Shown piece by piece: positions 30,401 through 44,800 of a stretch of DNA of 64,000 nucleotides. How positions within the stretch are numbered: the first letter of the stretch is position 1; each line of letters begins with the position of its first letter. The notes beneath the pieces are model-generated. The model made no database searches. It worked only from the letters and a program-made list of their open reading frames with translations, and was not told where the DNA came from. Both the position numbers and the translations under genes were made by a program. Origin of the DNA: Podarcis gaigeae (Eukaryota); the NCBI GenBank assembly GCA_964106915.2, contig OZ066914.1; one strand, 5' to 3'.

Positions 30401-32824
30401 GGTGTTGATGAAAGATACAGCATTCAGAACACAGAATCATCCACACTCCTTAGTATTCCTCAAGTCACTCGCAATGACACAGGAAAATATGTCCTCACAA
30501 TTGAGAATGGAGTTGGAAAACCCAAAACCTCATTTGTGAACGTTAAAGTCCTTGACACTCCATCTGCATGCCAGAGACTGCATCTTAAACATGTTTCTCG
30601 TGGAACTGTGACATTGGTATGGGACCCACCACTCATCAATGGTGGTTCTGAAGTAACAAATTATGTCATTGACAAAAGAGATGCCACCAAGAGAGCATGG
30701 TCCTCTGTTACAGCCAAGTGCTCTAATACATCATTTAAGATAACTGACTTGTCAGAGAAGATCCCATACTTCTTCCGTGTTCTTGCAGAAAATGAAAATG
30801 GATTGGGTGAACCATGCGAAACTTCAGAACCAGTGAAAGCAGCAGAAGTCCCTGGACCTGTACGAGATCTGGCCATGAAAGATTCAACAAAGACGTCTGT
30901 CACTTTACAGTGGAGTAAACCTGAATTTGATGGCGGTAGTATCATAACAGATTACGTTATTGAGAAGAAACTGAAGGATGAACATGAATGGTCATATGCA
31001 GGGGCAAGTAAAGCATGCGAATTTGAAGTTGAAAAACTTAAGGAGCTTTCTGTTATGGAGTTCAGAGTTTCTGCAAAGAATGAAAAAGGAAGAAGTGATT
31101 TTTCTGTAATTGGACCCATTACAGTGAAAGACTATGTAATAACACCTGAAGCAGACCTTTCTGATATACCTGGAGGACAAGTAACAGTGAGAATAGGTTA
31201 TAATGTACATGTTGAAATACCATATAAGGGAAAGCCAAAGCCAACTATGAGCTGGCTGAAAGACAATATTCCTCTTAAAGAAAGTGAACAGGTTCGCTTC
31301 AAGAAAACTGAAAACAAAATAACTTTAAGTGTTAAGAATGTGAAAAAAGAAAATGGTGGCAAATATACCTTAATTCTTGATAATGGTGTTCACAGGAAGT
31401 CATTCCCAATCACAGTTATAACACTTGGCCCACCATCTAAGCCCAAGGGACCCATTAAACTAGACGAAATCAGAGCAGATAGTATGGTTCTTTCATGGGG
31501 TGTTCCTGAAGATGATGGTGGAGGAGAAATCACTGGCTACAGCGTTGAGAAGCGTGAAACCTCACAGACCAACTGGAAAATGATCTGTTCTAGTGTGTCA
31601 AGGACAACCTTCAAAGTTTCCAACCTTGTTAAAGATGCAGAATATCAGTTCAGAGTCCGCGCAGAAAACAGATACGGAGTGAGCCCACCACTAAACTCCA
31701 TTGAGGTCATAGCAAAACACCAGTTCAAACCACCAGGTTCACCAGGGAAGCCTGTTGTTTACAATGTGACAGCTGATGGAATGACCATATCTTGGGATGC
31801 TCCAGTCTATGACGGAGGAGCAGAAATTACTGGATACCATGTTGAAAAGAAAGAACGAAATAGCATATTGTGGCAGAAAGTCAATTTGTCACCAATATCT
31901 AATAGAGAATACAGAATTACTGGATTAATGGATGGTTTGGACTACCAGTTCCGTGTATATGCAGAAAACTCTGCTGGATTAAGCTCTGCTAGTGACCCAA
32001 GCAAATTTGCCTTGGCCGTTTCGCCAGTAGGTAAGTGACTGATCACTGAATACAATGCACCTGTCTCAACATGCTGTTGGAATTTATGCTGATTTATATT
32101 ACTATTAATGCACCTGTGTTTCTTTCAGATCCACCTGGCACCCCTGATTATATTGATGTGACTAGGGAGACTATTACTCTGAAATGGACAGAACCTCTGC
32201 GTGATGGAGGCAGCAAGATTGTGGGCTACAGTATTGAGAAACGTCAAGGAAGTGGTGATCGCTGGGTCAGATGCAATTTTATTGATGTCAGTGAATGCCA
32301 GTATACAGCTACAGGACTTAGCCCCGGCGATCGGTATGAATTCAGAATACTTGCAAGAAACGCTGTTGGAACTATCAGCCCTCCTTCTCAGTCTTCAGGC
32401 TATATCATGACCAGAGATGAAGCTGGTAAGCCTTATTTATAAGCATGCTATGTGTAGACTCTCCTAAAGTTTATTGGCCACAGCACTTTACTTACAGCCA
32501 ATGGCTGTATTATTGAATGACTTTGAACTCTGGTGACTATCTCACTATCTGCTAAGCGACTGATTAACACTGTCCATTCCTACTAACACTGTAAATCAGG
32601 AGTAGGCAACCTTTTCCATACAAAGCACACAGTCCCTCATGGATAATCTTCATGGGGACACATGCTTGGTGTGGAGGGCAGAGGCAAAAATGGACAGAGC
32701 AGTGGATGTGGCTCTTACTTTTGTTCAGTAGGCTACATTCCAGACATGCAAAAATAAGAGGCTTCTACTTTTCTCTCTCTCCCTCTCTTATGTCTCTCAG
32801 AAGGAAAATGACTGTGTGTGTGTT

Positions 32825-32863
<39 letters not shown>

Positions 32864-35800
32864 CTTTGTATTAATGTAACATTTTCATATACAGCTGTGT
32901 ATTTTTGTAATATTTTGTTTAAGTTATCTGTTTTTGCTTCAGTTTTCTGTACAGCATTTTGAGCTATTTTTAATATAGTAAGTGATGTACAAATTAGTTA
33001 ATCAATCAATCCTCGATGTAGCCAAGCAAGGGGTATTATCACTCTTCAGAGACACATTCCAGTCATGCAAAAGCACTTGAGCAGACTTCCTCATCCTCAG
33101 CCCTCCAGATGTTTTGAGACTACAATTCCCATCATCCCTCATCACTGATCCTGCTAGCGAGGGATCATGGGAGTTGTAGGCCAAAAATATCTGAAGGGCC
33201 AAGGTTGAGGAAGCCTGCACTTGAGGAATGTGTGAAGCTGCCTCAGAGAGGGTTATGACTTGAGGAGAGTGGAGATGACTGACCAGGGAAAATCCTGAGG
33301 GCTAACTGGAAAGCTTGGGCTTCCTCATCCCTACTGCAAAAGATCATAAACATGAACTGAGTGACTCAATTAAAAAAAACAAACCACAAACTGATATTAT
33401 GCGGAAGACTAGCTGATAAATACTGATAGTTTTGTATTTAATATTAAGTGACACTCTGACATAAAATAACTAGTATAGCTCTTTATATTGTTTTGTAAGA
33501 AAATACATTGCTGACCATTAAGTGAACATATTTTACTTCTTTTTACTCTTTAGTTGCGCCAAATATTGAGTTTGGTGCCGAACATTTCGAAGGTCTTACA
33601 GTGAAAGCTGGGGAAAGCATAAGGTTTAAAGTTTTCATCACAGGCCGGCCAGTTCCTCAGGTGATGTGGTATAAAGATGGACAAGAGATTGACAAGAGGC
33701 TGAATATGGAAATAAACAATGCAATTGGCTATAGCACCTTGTTTGTTAGAGATGCTTCCCGGGAACATCGTGGAGTATACAGAATAGAAGCCAAGAATGC
33801 ATCAGGCACCAGACAGGCAGACATAACCATAAGAGTACACGGTAACTTTCCTCATATGAAATTGAGCAACTTTTATTTAGCATTCTGTTTATTCTATATT
33901 AAAATAAGAACAGATAAAAATAACTGATAATTGACTGTTACAGATACCCCAGGAAAAGTCGGTGGGCCAATACGATTCACCAATGTTACTGAAGAGAAGG
34001 CGTCATTATGGTGGGAGGCTCCTGCTAATGATGGCTGTGCAGCCATTACTCATTACGTGATTGAAAAGCGTGAGACCAGCCGAGTATCCTGGGCATTGAT
34101 TGAAGACCACTGTGAAACATGCAGCTACACAGCACACAAATTAATAAAGGGCAATGAATACCAGTTCCGTATCTCAGCAGCCAACAAGTTTGGTGTCGGC
34201 AGGCCACTGGAATCTGATCCAGTCGTAGCACAGGCACATTATAGTAAGTTTACATTAAATTGAGAAATCTTAAATTACAGTGTTGGCAACCTTGTTGAGG
34301 ATGTTATCTGATTGGCTTCTTTTATTTTACAGCTGTCCCCGAGGCTCCTGGCACTCCAGAACCAAGCAACGTAACAGGAAACAGCATTACACTTACATGG
34401 ACAAGGCCAGCATCAGATGGTGGAAGTGACATTAACCAATATATCTTGGAGAGGAGAGAAAAGAAAAGTATTCTCTGGGTTAAAGTGTCCAGCAAGAGGC
34501 CCATTTCTGAGACACGGTTCAGAGTCACAGGCCTAACCGAAGGCAATGAATATGAGTTCCATGTCATGGCGGAAAATAATGCAGGAGTTGGGCCACCGAG
34601 TGGTGTCTCAAGGCTGATTAAATGCAGAGAGGCAGTTCATCCACCAAGTGCTCCTACTGTTGTCAAAGTGACCGACACATCAAAGACAAGTGTCAGCTTG
34701 GAATGGACCAGGCCTGTTTTCGATGGAGGCCTGGAAATCATTGGCTACATCATCGAAATGTGCAAAGCAGATTTAGGAGAATGGCATAAAGTCAATGCTG
34801 AGACTTGCATTGCTACCAAGTACACTGTGGTTGATCTAGAACCAAACGAAAACTACAAATTCCGAGTCAGTGCTGTAAATGGTGCAGGCAAAGGAGAAAG
34901 CTGTGAAGTTTCTGCTTCGGTGCAAACAATAGATAGACTCTCTTCACCAGAACTTGATATTGATGCTAGCTTCAAGCAGACACATATTGTCAGAGCAGGT
35001 GCAACTATCCGTCTGTTTATTGCCTTCAAGGGCAGACCTGTTCCTACTGCTGTATGGTCCAAAGCAGATTCGTCTCTTAGCCTGCGTGCTGACATACATA
35101 CAACAGACTCATTCAGTACATTAACTGTGGAGAACTGCAACAGAACAGATGCTGGCAAATACATATTGACTGTAGAAAACAACAGTGGTAAGAAATCTGT
35201 TGCTTTCACTGTTAAAGTACTAGACACTCCAGGGCCACCAGGCCCTATTACATTTAAGGATGTGACCAGAAGCTCTATCACTTTAATGTGGGATGCTCCT
35301 ATTTTGGATGGAGGTGCTCGCATCCATCATTATGTCGTGGAGAAGCGAGAAGCAAGCCGTCGCAGCTGGCAGGTTGTCAATGAAAAATGTACTCGTCAAA
35401 TTGCTAAGGTCACAGATCTTGCAGAAGGTGTGCCCTATTTTTACCGTGTTTCAGCAGAAAATGAATATGGAATAGGTGAACCTTGTGAATTAACAGAACC
35501 AGTTGTAGCCACAGAAGAGCCTGCTCCACCTAAGAGATTAGATATTGTTGATACTACCAAGTCATCTGCAATACTAGCTTGGCTGAAACCTGATCACGAT
35601 GGTGGTAGTCGCATCACTGGATACCTCCTAGAGATGAAACAAAAGGGATCTGACTATTGGCTTGAAGCTGGTCAAACTAAACAGCTGACTTTTACAGTTG
35701 AAGGTCTTATAGAGAACAATGAATATGAGTTCCGTGTCAAAGCAAGGAATAATGCTGGCTACAGTCAACCAAGAGAAGCCTTTTCTTCTGTTATTATTAA

Positions 35801-38800
35801 AGAGCCACAGATTGAGCCAACTGCAGATCTCAGTGGAATAACTAAACAACTTATAACTTGCAAAGCTGGTAGCTCTTTCACTATTGACATACCAATTAGT
35901 GGACGTCCTGTTCCAAAGGTAACATGGAAACTTGAAGAAATGAGACTCAAGGAAACAGACAGAGTGACTATAAAGACAACAAAGGAAAGAACCACACTGA
36001 CTGTTAAGGAGAGCATGAGAGGTGACTCTGGTAAATATTATTTGACACTTGAGAACACAGCTGGCGTGAAAACTTTCACTGTCACAGTCGTTGTTATTGG
36101 AAGACCTGGTCCAGTTACACGCCCCATAGAAGTATCATCTGTGACAGCCGAATCCTGTGTGTTGTCATGGAAGGAGCCTGAAGATGATGGTGGCACTGGT
36201 ATTACAAACTATATTGTTGAAAAACGTGAATCTGGTACAACAGCATGGCAATTGGTAAATTCCAGCGTCAAACGTACACAGATCAAAGTAACTCACCTCA
36301 CTAAATATATGGAATACACTTTCCGTGTAAGCTCAGAAAATAGATTTGGTGTCAGCAAGCCAATAGAATCAGTACCGATAGTGGCTGAGCATCCATTTGG
36401 TAAGTAATAATTGTTTTAACAGATGTGCATAAATTAATTCTTTTTTTAAAAAAAAAGCCAAAATCAAACAAACACAGCAGTATTTAACAGTATTTCCCTT
36501 TATTTTCTTTCATCAGTCCCACCAAGCCCACCCACTAGACCCGAAGTCTATTTTGTTTCTGCCAATGCCATGTCCATTCGGTGGGAAGAACCGTATCACG
36601 ATGGCGGCAGCAAAGTTGTTGGATACTGGATTGAAAAGAAAGAACGCAACACAATCCTCTGGGTGAAGGAAAACAAATCTCCATGTATTGAATGTAACTA
36701 CAAAGCTACAGGGCTTGTGGAAGGTCTGGAGTATCAATTCAGAATATATGCATTAAACGCTGCTGGGCTGAGCAAAGCCAGCGAAGCTTCAAGGTCTGTC
36801 TTGGCCCAAAATCCTGTTGGTAAGTATAACTGGTAGAGAGAAAGTGTGTGTCCTATGATTATTTAAAGGAACAATGGAGTGATATTTTTGCATTATGTTC
36901 TCTTACAGATCCACCGGGCAGGCCAGAGGTCACAGATGTAACAAGGTCTTCAGTGTCATTAACCTGGTCCCCCCCACTTTATGATGGTGGAAGCAAAATT
37001 GTTGGCTATATTGTAGAACGCAAACCATACAATGAAGCTGGAGATGGACGTTGGCTGAAATGCAACTATACCATTGTCTCTGAAAACTCCTTTACCGTGA
37101 CAGCTCTTAGTGAAGGAGAGGAATACGAATTCCGTGTTTTGGCAAAGAATGCTGCTGGTGTAATTAGCAAGGGTTCTGAATCTACTGGCCCTGTTGCCTG
37201 TAAAGATGAATACTGTAAGAGATGTTCATGTGGGTTTTTAAATTAGGTCATGAATTGTCCATATTTTAAGAGATCAAAATACATATTTATTTCTTTTGCT
37301 CTTTTTTTTCATAGCACCACCTAAAGCTGAACTGGATGCCAAATTGCAAGGAGATGTTGTAACAGTTAGGGCTGGATCTGACCTGGTTCTTGAGGCATCG
37401 ATTGGAGGAAAACCAGAACCCAAAGTATTTTGGTCTAAAGGTGACAGAGAACTGGACCCAAGCGAAAAGGTCGCTTTGCAATACACAAGCAAGCATGCTG
37501 TTGCAATCATCAAGTTCTGTGACCGAAGTGATACTGGAAAATACACGTTAACTGTTAAAAATGCCAGTGGGACAAAGCAAGTTGCTGTCCTTGTCAAAGT
37601 GCTTGGTGAGTATTTCATAACTGCTAGTTTTCTGTGGCTATTTAACTTCTTTCATTTCAAGTTTTATTTTGAGATTAAAGAATTTCTTTCATTGCAGTAA
37701 TTATCCTTTTACTCTTTGTCAATAGATTCGCCTGGTCCATGCGCTGGCAAAATCACCATAAGCAGAGTTACAGAAGAGAAGTGTACCTTGGCTTGGCGGA
37801 TGCCTCAAGAAGATGGAGGGGCAGAAATTACTCATTACATTGTAGAGAGACGCGAGACAAGCAGACTGAACTGGGTTATTGTTGAACCTGAATGTCCAAC
37901 ACTGTCATGTGTAGTAACCAGACTTATAAAGAATAATGAATATATATTCCGTGTAAGAGCTGTCAACAAATATGGACCAGGTGTTCCACTTGAAACAGAA
38001 CCCATTATTGCTAGAAATTCATTCAGTAAGTACTTCTCTAGCCTTGTGAAGTCTTCCCCCTTTGGGGGGAGGCACATAGTAAGTTGTGTTACACACAATA
38101 AATGTGAAATACCTAATTTTTTTTCCTGCCTTTAATAAATATTTACAGCTATCCCATCACCACCTGGTGTTCCTGAATCAGTGGGTGCTGGCAAAGAGCA
38201 CGTCATTATTCAGTGGCTGAAGCCAGAGTCGGATGGGGGTAACGAGATCAGCACCTATCTTGTAGACAAACGAGAAAAGAAAAGTCTACGCTGGACCCGT
38301 GTTAACAAAGACTACATCATTTATGACACAAGACTGAAAATTACTGGTCTAATGGAAGGAAGCGAATATCAGTTCCGTGTCACTGCGGTAAATGCTGCTG
38401 GCAACAGCGAGCCTAGCGATGCTTCGCAGTACGTTTTGTGCAAAGACCCATCATGTAAGTTCATTCATTTATATTCATTAATTTTGTAGATTAAACAATA
38501 TGAAGACTGCATAGGCCTTGAATCTAGAAGGTCCAGTGGTGCTGTTTGGACCATTCACCACAGCTCCAAAGAGGATATACTTATTTATTTTTAAGCCATT
38601 TTTATGGCGCCAGGATGGATGCCTTAGAATGATAGAATCATAGAACTGTATAGTTGGAAGTGACCCCAAGGGTCATCTAGTCCATCAACCTGCATTGCAG
38701 GAATCTCAACTAAAGCATACATGAACATTGGCTATCCAACCTCCGCCTAAAAACCTCCTGTAAAAGAGAGTCCCAAGGGAGTCTGTTCCACTCTTGAACA

Positions 38801-41800
38801 GCTCTTACCATCAGAAAGTTCTTGCTGGTGTTTAGTCAGGACAAATTGTTCCAATTGGTTTGGTTCCTAGCCTCCAGAGTAGGAGAAAATGAGCTTGCTC
38901 CACTTCCCAGTGACAGTCCTTTAGATATTTGAAAATGGCTATCATATCTCCTGTCAACCTCCCCTTGAACAGCCTAATGCAACTTTGTCTGCAGCAAGGA
39001 AGGCGAGGGCTGAATTTTAAGGAACAGGCTACAAGAGAGAGAAAAAGGAAATAACATGTGAAAGTTCCTTCAAATAATAATAATTATTATTATTATTATT
39101 TATTATTTCTACCCCGCCCGTCTGGATGGGTTTCCCCAGGCACTCTGGGCGGCTTCCAACAGAAGGTTAAAAATATATTAAAACATCTGTCATTAAAAAT
39201 TTCCCTAAACAGGACTGCCTTCAGTTGTCTTATAGTTGTTTATTTCTTTGACATCTGATGGGAGGACATTCCACTCCAAAGTGTTTCGTGTACTCCTGAA
39301 CCTTCTAAGCCCTATTATTTTATTGTATCACTTTCTTACATACCACAAGCTAAAGAAACAGCAGCACCTTAAACGCATCTGCTCCTTGGGAGCAGACTGT
39401 ACTGAAACAGGTAGCCAGTGTTAAAATTATATCCCAATCTGAGTACAGGAGCATATATAATCATAGCTACTACAGAAGTGTTTAAATGATTATTCATTCA
39501 GGTTTTAAGGATCCACTGTAGTAACATGAAGTGTGTATTTTTTTTTCCTTTCCAAAGATACTCCTGCTCCACCTTCACCGCCAAGAGTTGTGGATACTAC
39601 TAGAACTAGCATAAGCTTGGCTTGGACAAAGCCCATGTATGACGGTGGCGTTGATTTATTAGGCTATGTCCTTGAAATGAAAGAAGAAGGAACTGAACAA
39701 TGGTATCGGGCACATAGCACTGCCACCATAAGAAACACCGAATTCACTGTGACTGGTTTGAAAATAAGCCAGAAGTACCGCTTTAGAGTGGCTGCCACAA
39801 ATGTAAATGGTATGAGCGAATACAGTGAGACCCCTGCTGAAATAGAACCTGTGGAAAGGCTAGGTAATGTCAAGATCGAGCCTTCATAAAATATTTGCAA
39901 ACTTACAAATCGCAAATTTGTTCAGAAACATTCAAATGCAACCTAATCTTTTATTTCCATCCCCACCTATAGAAATACCAGAACTTGAGCTTGCTGAAGA
40001 CCTCAAGAAGACTATTACGGTTAGAGCAGGTGGCTCTTTACGTCTAATGGTGTCAGTATCTGGCAGACCAACACCAATGGTTACATGGAGCAAGAAGGGT
40101 GTTGACCTAGCAAGTCGAGGTATTATTGACACCACAGACAGCTACACACTGTTGGTTGTGGATAAAGTGAACCGGTACGATGCTGGAAAATACGTCCTTG
40201 AGGCTGAAAATCAATCAGGAAAGAAATCTGCCACAATTATGGTTAAAGTCTATGGTAAGTGCAAATACTGTTGTTTATTGTTACAGCAATACCTTTGCCC
40301 ATTCCATCACAAATTTTTTTAAAAAGGGGATTTAGTTTGCAGAGTAATGGTAGTCTCCAACTTTAATTTGCTTATGCAGAAAAAATACTATACAAAGTGT
40401 AATGCAGATAAAATATGACAAAGGTCTATTTTGCCGTTTGTTCCACAGATACCCCTGGACCACCAGGAGCAGTGAAAGTTAAAGAGGTTACAAAAGAGTC
40501 TGTGACAATTACTTGGGATATTCCAACTATTGATGGAGGAGCTCCAGTCAACAACTATATAATAGAGAAACGGGAGGCTGCCATGCGAGCATTCAAGACA
40601 GTAACTACTAAATGCAACAAAACCTTTTACAGAATTTCCGGGCTCATTGAAGGAGCGCTATACTACTTCCGAGTACTGCCAGAAAATATCTACGGCATTG
40701 GTGAACCCTGTGAGACAGCAGATGCAGTGCTGGTGTCAGAAGTTCCAAGTGCGCCTCAGAAACTGGAGGTGGTTGATATAACTAAATCTACTGTATCGCT
40801 TGCATGGGAAAAACCACAGCATGATGGTGGCAGCAGATTAACTGGCTATGTAATTGAGGCCAGTAAAGCTGGAACAGAAAGGTGGATGAAAGTTGTAACA
40901 CTGAAACCTACGGTCCTTGAGCACACAATAATTTCATTAAATGAAGGTGAACAGTACCTGTTTAGAGTAAGAGCGCAAAATCAAAAGGGTGTGTCTGAAC
41001 CAAGAGAGATAGTCACAGCAGTGACAGTACAAGAACAAAAAGGTAAGAGTCATAATTACAATGGAAAAAATGGAACATTATTCAAAGTGCTGAGACACAG
41101 TTTAACAAATATTAATAATGTTGGGTTTATTATTATTATTTTAGTTCTACCTGCAATTGACCTTACTGGAATACCTCAAAAGACCATTCATGTACCAGCT
41201 GGCAGACCTATAGAACTAGCTATCCCAATTTCTGGACGACCACCTCCAGCTGTTTCTTGGTTCTTTGCTGGCTCTAAACTACGAGAATCAGACCGGGTCA
41301 AAGTTGAAACAGTTGCTAAGGTAGCTAAATTAACCATACGTGAAACCACAATACATGACACTGGAGAATACACACTTGAACTGAAGAACACAACTGGAAC
41401 AGCTATGGAAAGAATAAAAGTTATTATTCTGGGTAAGAATTTGCTTTGAAAATATAATTGTCCATAATTTTTTCTTGCCTAATTTCCCCAAATTCAAGCA
41501 TTTCCTTGTTTAACTATTTCTTTGATTATATCTCATTTATTTCATTTTCACAGACAAACCTGGACCACCTACTGGACCTATTAAAATTGTTGATATTGAT
41601 TCAACTTTTGTAACCATTTCATGGGAACCACCTGAGATGGATGGGGGTGCAGCACTAAGTGGATATGTGGTGGAGCAACGAGATGCACATCGTCCAGGAT
41701 GGTTACCAGTGTCTGAATCTGTAACCCGGACAACATATAAGTTTTCTAAACTTACTGAGGGTGCTGAATATGTGTTCCGTGTGGCTGCCACAAACCGCTT

Positions 41801-44800
41801 TGGAATTGGATCATACTTGCAGTCTGAAATTGTAGAATGCAAGAGCAGAATTAGTAAGTAAATATTCTTTTTTCTAGTCCTCTGCATTTAAAAAATCCAG
41901 ATCAGTTTACATGGACACATATAGAAGAAACAAGTCTTGATACTATGTACATTCTATTTTCATTTTCCTGAAATAAGAATGAAAGAACTAGTCTACAATA
42001 CCCTGCTTATTCAGACCAAAATATAATTGTAAATGGAATTTTCATCTCATTTAAAAAATCTATTTATTGTAGGTGTTCCTGGTCTTCCTGGTACCCCAGA
42101 AGTGTTTGATATCTCCCGTGATGGAATGACACTTACTTGGTATCCGCCAGAAGAAGATGGTGGTTCACAGGTCACTGGCTATATTGTGGAACGCAAAGAA
42201 GTTAAATCAGAGAGATGGGTCCGTGTAAACAAAGTTGCAGTCACTATGACACGCTATCGTTCCACTGGGTTGATTGAAGGACTGGAGTATGAACATCGTG
42301 TCACAGCTATCAATGCTAGGGGTGCTGGCAAACCAAGCCGAATTTCCAAGCCTGCAGTTGCTAGAGATCCAATTGGTAAATAATTTGCAAAATTCATAAC
42401 ATATACTAGTGACTTCTGTTCAGTCATTTTATTTGCAAAATAGTTGATACTAATATTTTGGACTGCCTTTTAAACATCAAAACTATACCTTTAATATATC
42501 TAACGCGCTCTAATAATATATTTCAGCTCCTCCGGGTAAACCTCAGAATCCAAGAGTGACAGATACTACAAGAACATCTATTTCTTTGGCTTGGAGTCCA
42601 CCAGAAGATGAAGGCGGGTCTAAAGTCACTGGCTACTTGATTGAAATGCAAAAGGTTGATCAGTTTGAATGGACCAAATGCAATACCACCCCCACCAAGA
42701 TCCGTGAATACACTCTAACACATCTTCCACAAGGTGCAGAGTATAGATTCCGTGTTATAGCATGCAATCTCGGTGGCCCCGGTGAACCTGCTGATGTGCC
42801 CGGAACAGCAAAAGTGACTGAAATGCTTGGTAAGATGCTGTAATGAAATACAAATTTTAAAGAACATAGCGCTATTTAGCTTTCTGCATACATAACATGA
42901 TCTCTTTTTCCTCCTCCCAGAAATCCCTGATTATGAACTTGATGAAAAATACCTGGAAGGTGTATTTGTAAGGCAAGGTGGAGTAGTTAAGCTTACAGTG
43001 CCAATTAAAGGTAAACCCATTCCAATATGCAAATGGACTAAAGAGGGACATGATGTCACCAAGAGAGCCATGATTGCGACTTCTGAATCAGATACTGAAC
43101 TTGTGATAAAAGATGCAGAACGAGAAGATTCTGGTACCTATGATTTGACGCTTGAAAATAAATGTGGCAAGAAGGTTGTCTACATCAAGGTCAGAGTGAT
43201 TGGTATTCCAAATCCGCCAGAAGGGCCACTTGAATATGATGACATACAAGCACGCTCTGTTAGAGTCAGCTGGAAGCCTCCAAGTGACGATGGTGGTGCA
43301 GATATAATAGGATACAATATTGAGAGACGTGAAGTACCAAAGACTGCCTGGTACACCGTTGGCTCCAGAGTAAGGGGTACATCACTGGTAGTGAAAGGAC
43401 TCAAAGAAAATGTGGAATACCACTTCCGTGTTTATGCTGAAAACCAGTTTGGTGTAAGCAGGTCCCTGAAATCTGAAGAGCCAGTTGTGCCAAAGACACC
43501 TTTGAGTAAGTATACGGGTTCAGAAAATGCATGTATGTGTGTGCATCTCTCACATACTTTATTTTATTTTCCAAGGTGCTTGGGGGAGTGTACATTGTCT
43601 GCCCCCTTTTTATCCTGATAATAAACCTGTGAGGTAGGTTAGGTTGAGAGAGAATGACTGCCCAAAAGTAACTGAGGTTGCAGTCCTATACAGGCTTATC
43701 TGGGAGTAAGTCCTATTAAAGTTAGGATCTCTTAGTTCTGAGTTGACATGTACAGCACTGTTAGTGAGTTCATGACTGAACGGACATGGGACCCCAGCAT
43801 TCCATGGTTGTGATCCAATACTCTTAACTCCTATGCCAGAAGGACCAATGGTTATTGTTACATTCTTTTCAACAGATCCTCCGGAGCCTCCAAGTTATCC
43901 ACCAGAAATCCTTGATGTCACAAAGAGTTCCATTAGCTTATCTTGGTCCAGACCTAGAGATGACGGTGGCTCTCGCGTCACTGGCTACTATATTGAACGT
44001 AAAGAGACAACTACTGAGAAATGGGTCAGGCACAACAAGACTCACATCACAACTACAATGTATACAGTCACAGGGCTGGTTCCAGATGCTGAATATCAGT
44101 TCCGTATTGTAGCCCAAAATGACATCGGTGAGGGTGAACCCAGCCCTGCTTCTGAACCAGTTGTGTGCAAGGATCCATTTGGTACGTAAATGTAACTTCT
44201 GTGTTAGAGGGCATCAGTATGGCGGGGGTTTTTTTGGAAAATACACTTTTTTAAATGAAAATACTTTGAAATTTTACAGACAAACCAAGCCAGCCTGGAG
44301 AAATTGAGATCACGTCCATATCTAAGGATAGCATTACTTTAGAATGGGAGCGCCCTGAATGCGATGGTGGTAAAGAGATCATCGGATACTGGATTGAATA
44401 TCGCCAATCTGGAGAGTCTACCTGGAAAAAGTGCAATAAAGAACGTAACAAAGACAGGCAGTTTATCATGGGAGGCTTACTGGAAGCTACAGAATATGAA
44501 TTCAGAGTTTTTGCAGAAAATGAGACTGGACTCAGCAGACCTCGTAGAACAGCTATGGCAGTAAAAACAAAACTGACATGTACGTTTAACTATTCCATTA
44601 TATACACTGTGCTTTATGTAGTTGTTGAAAAGATATGACATGTCACAGTAAACTGTGCTATGGTATAAAGCGGTTTTGAAGTAATTTGGCAATTCCATTA
44701 TGTAACTAGGGCACTCTGCTTTCATGTATTTATTTTTCTGAATGGACCTCGAGGAAGGAAATAAGCTATTTCCTACTCCAGGGCTAATAAAATTAATGAT

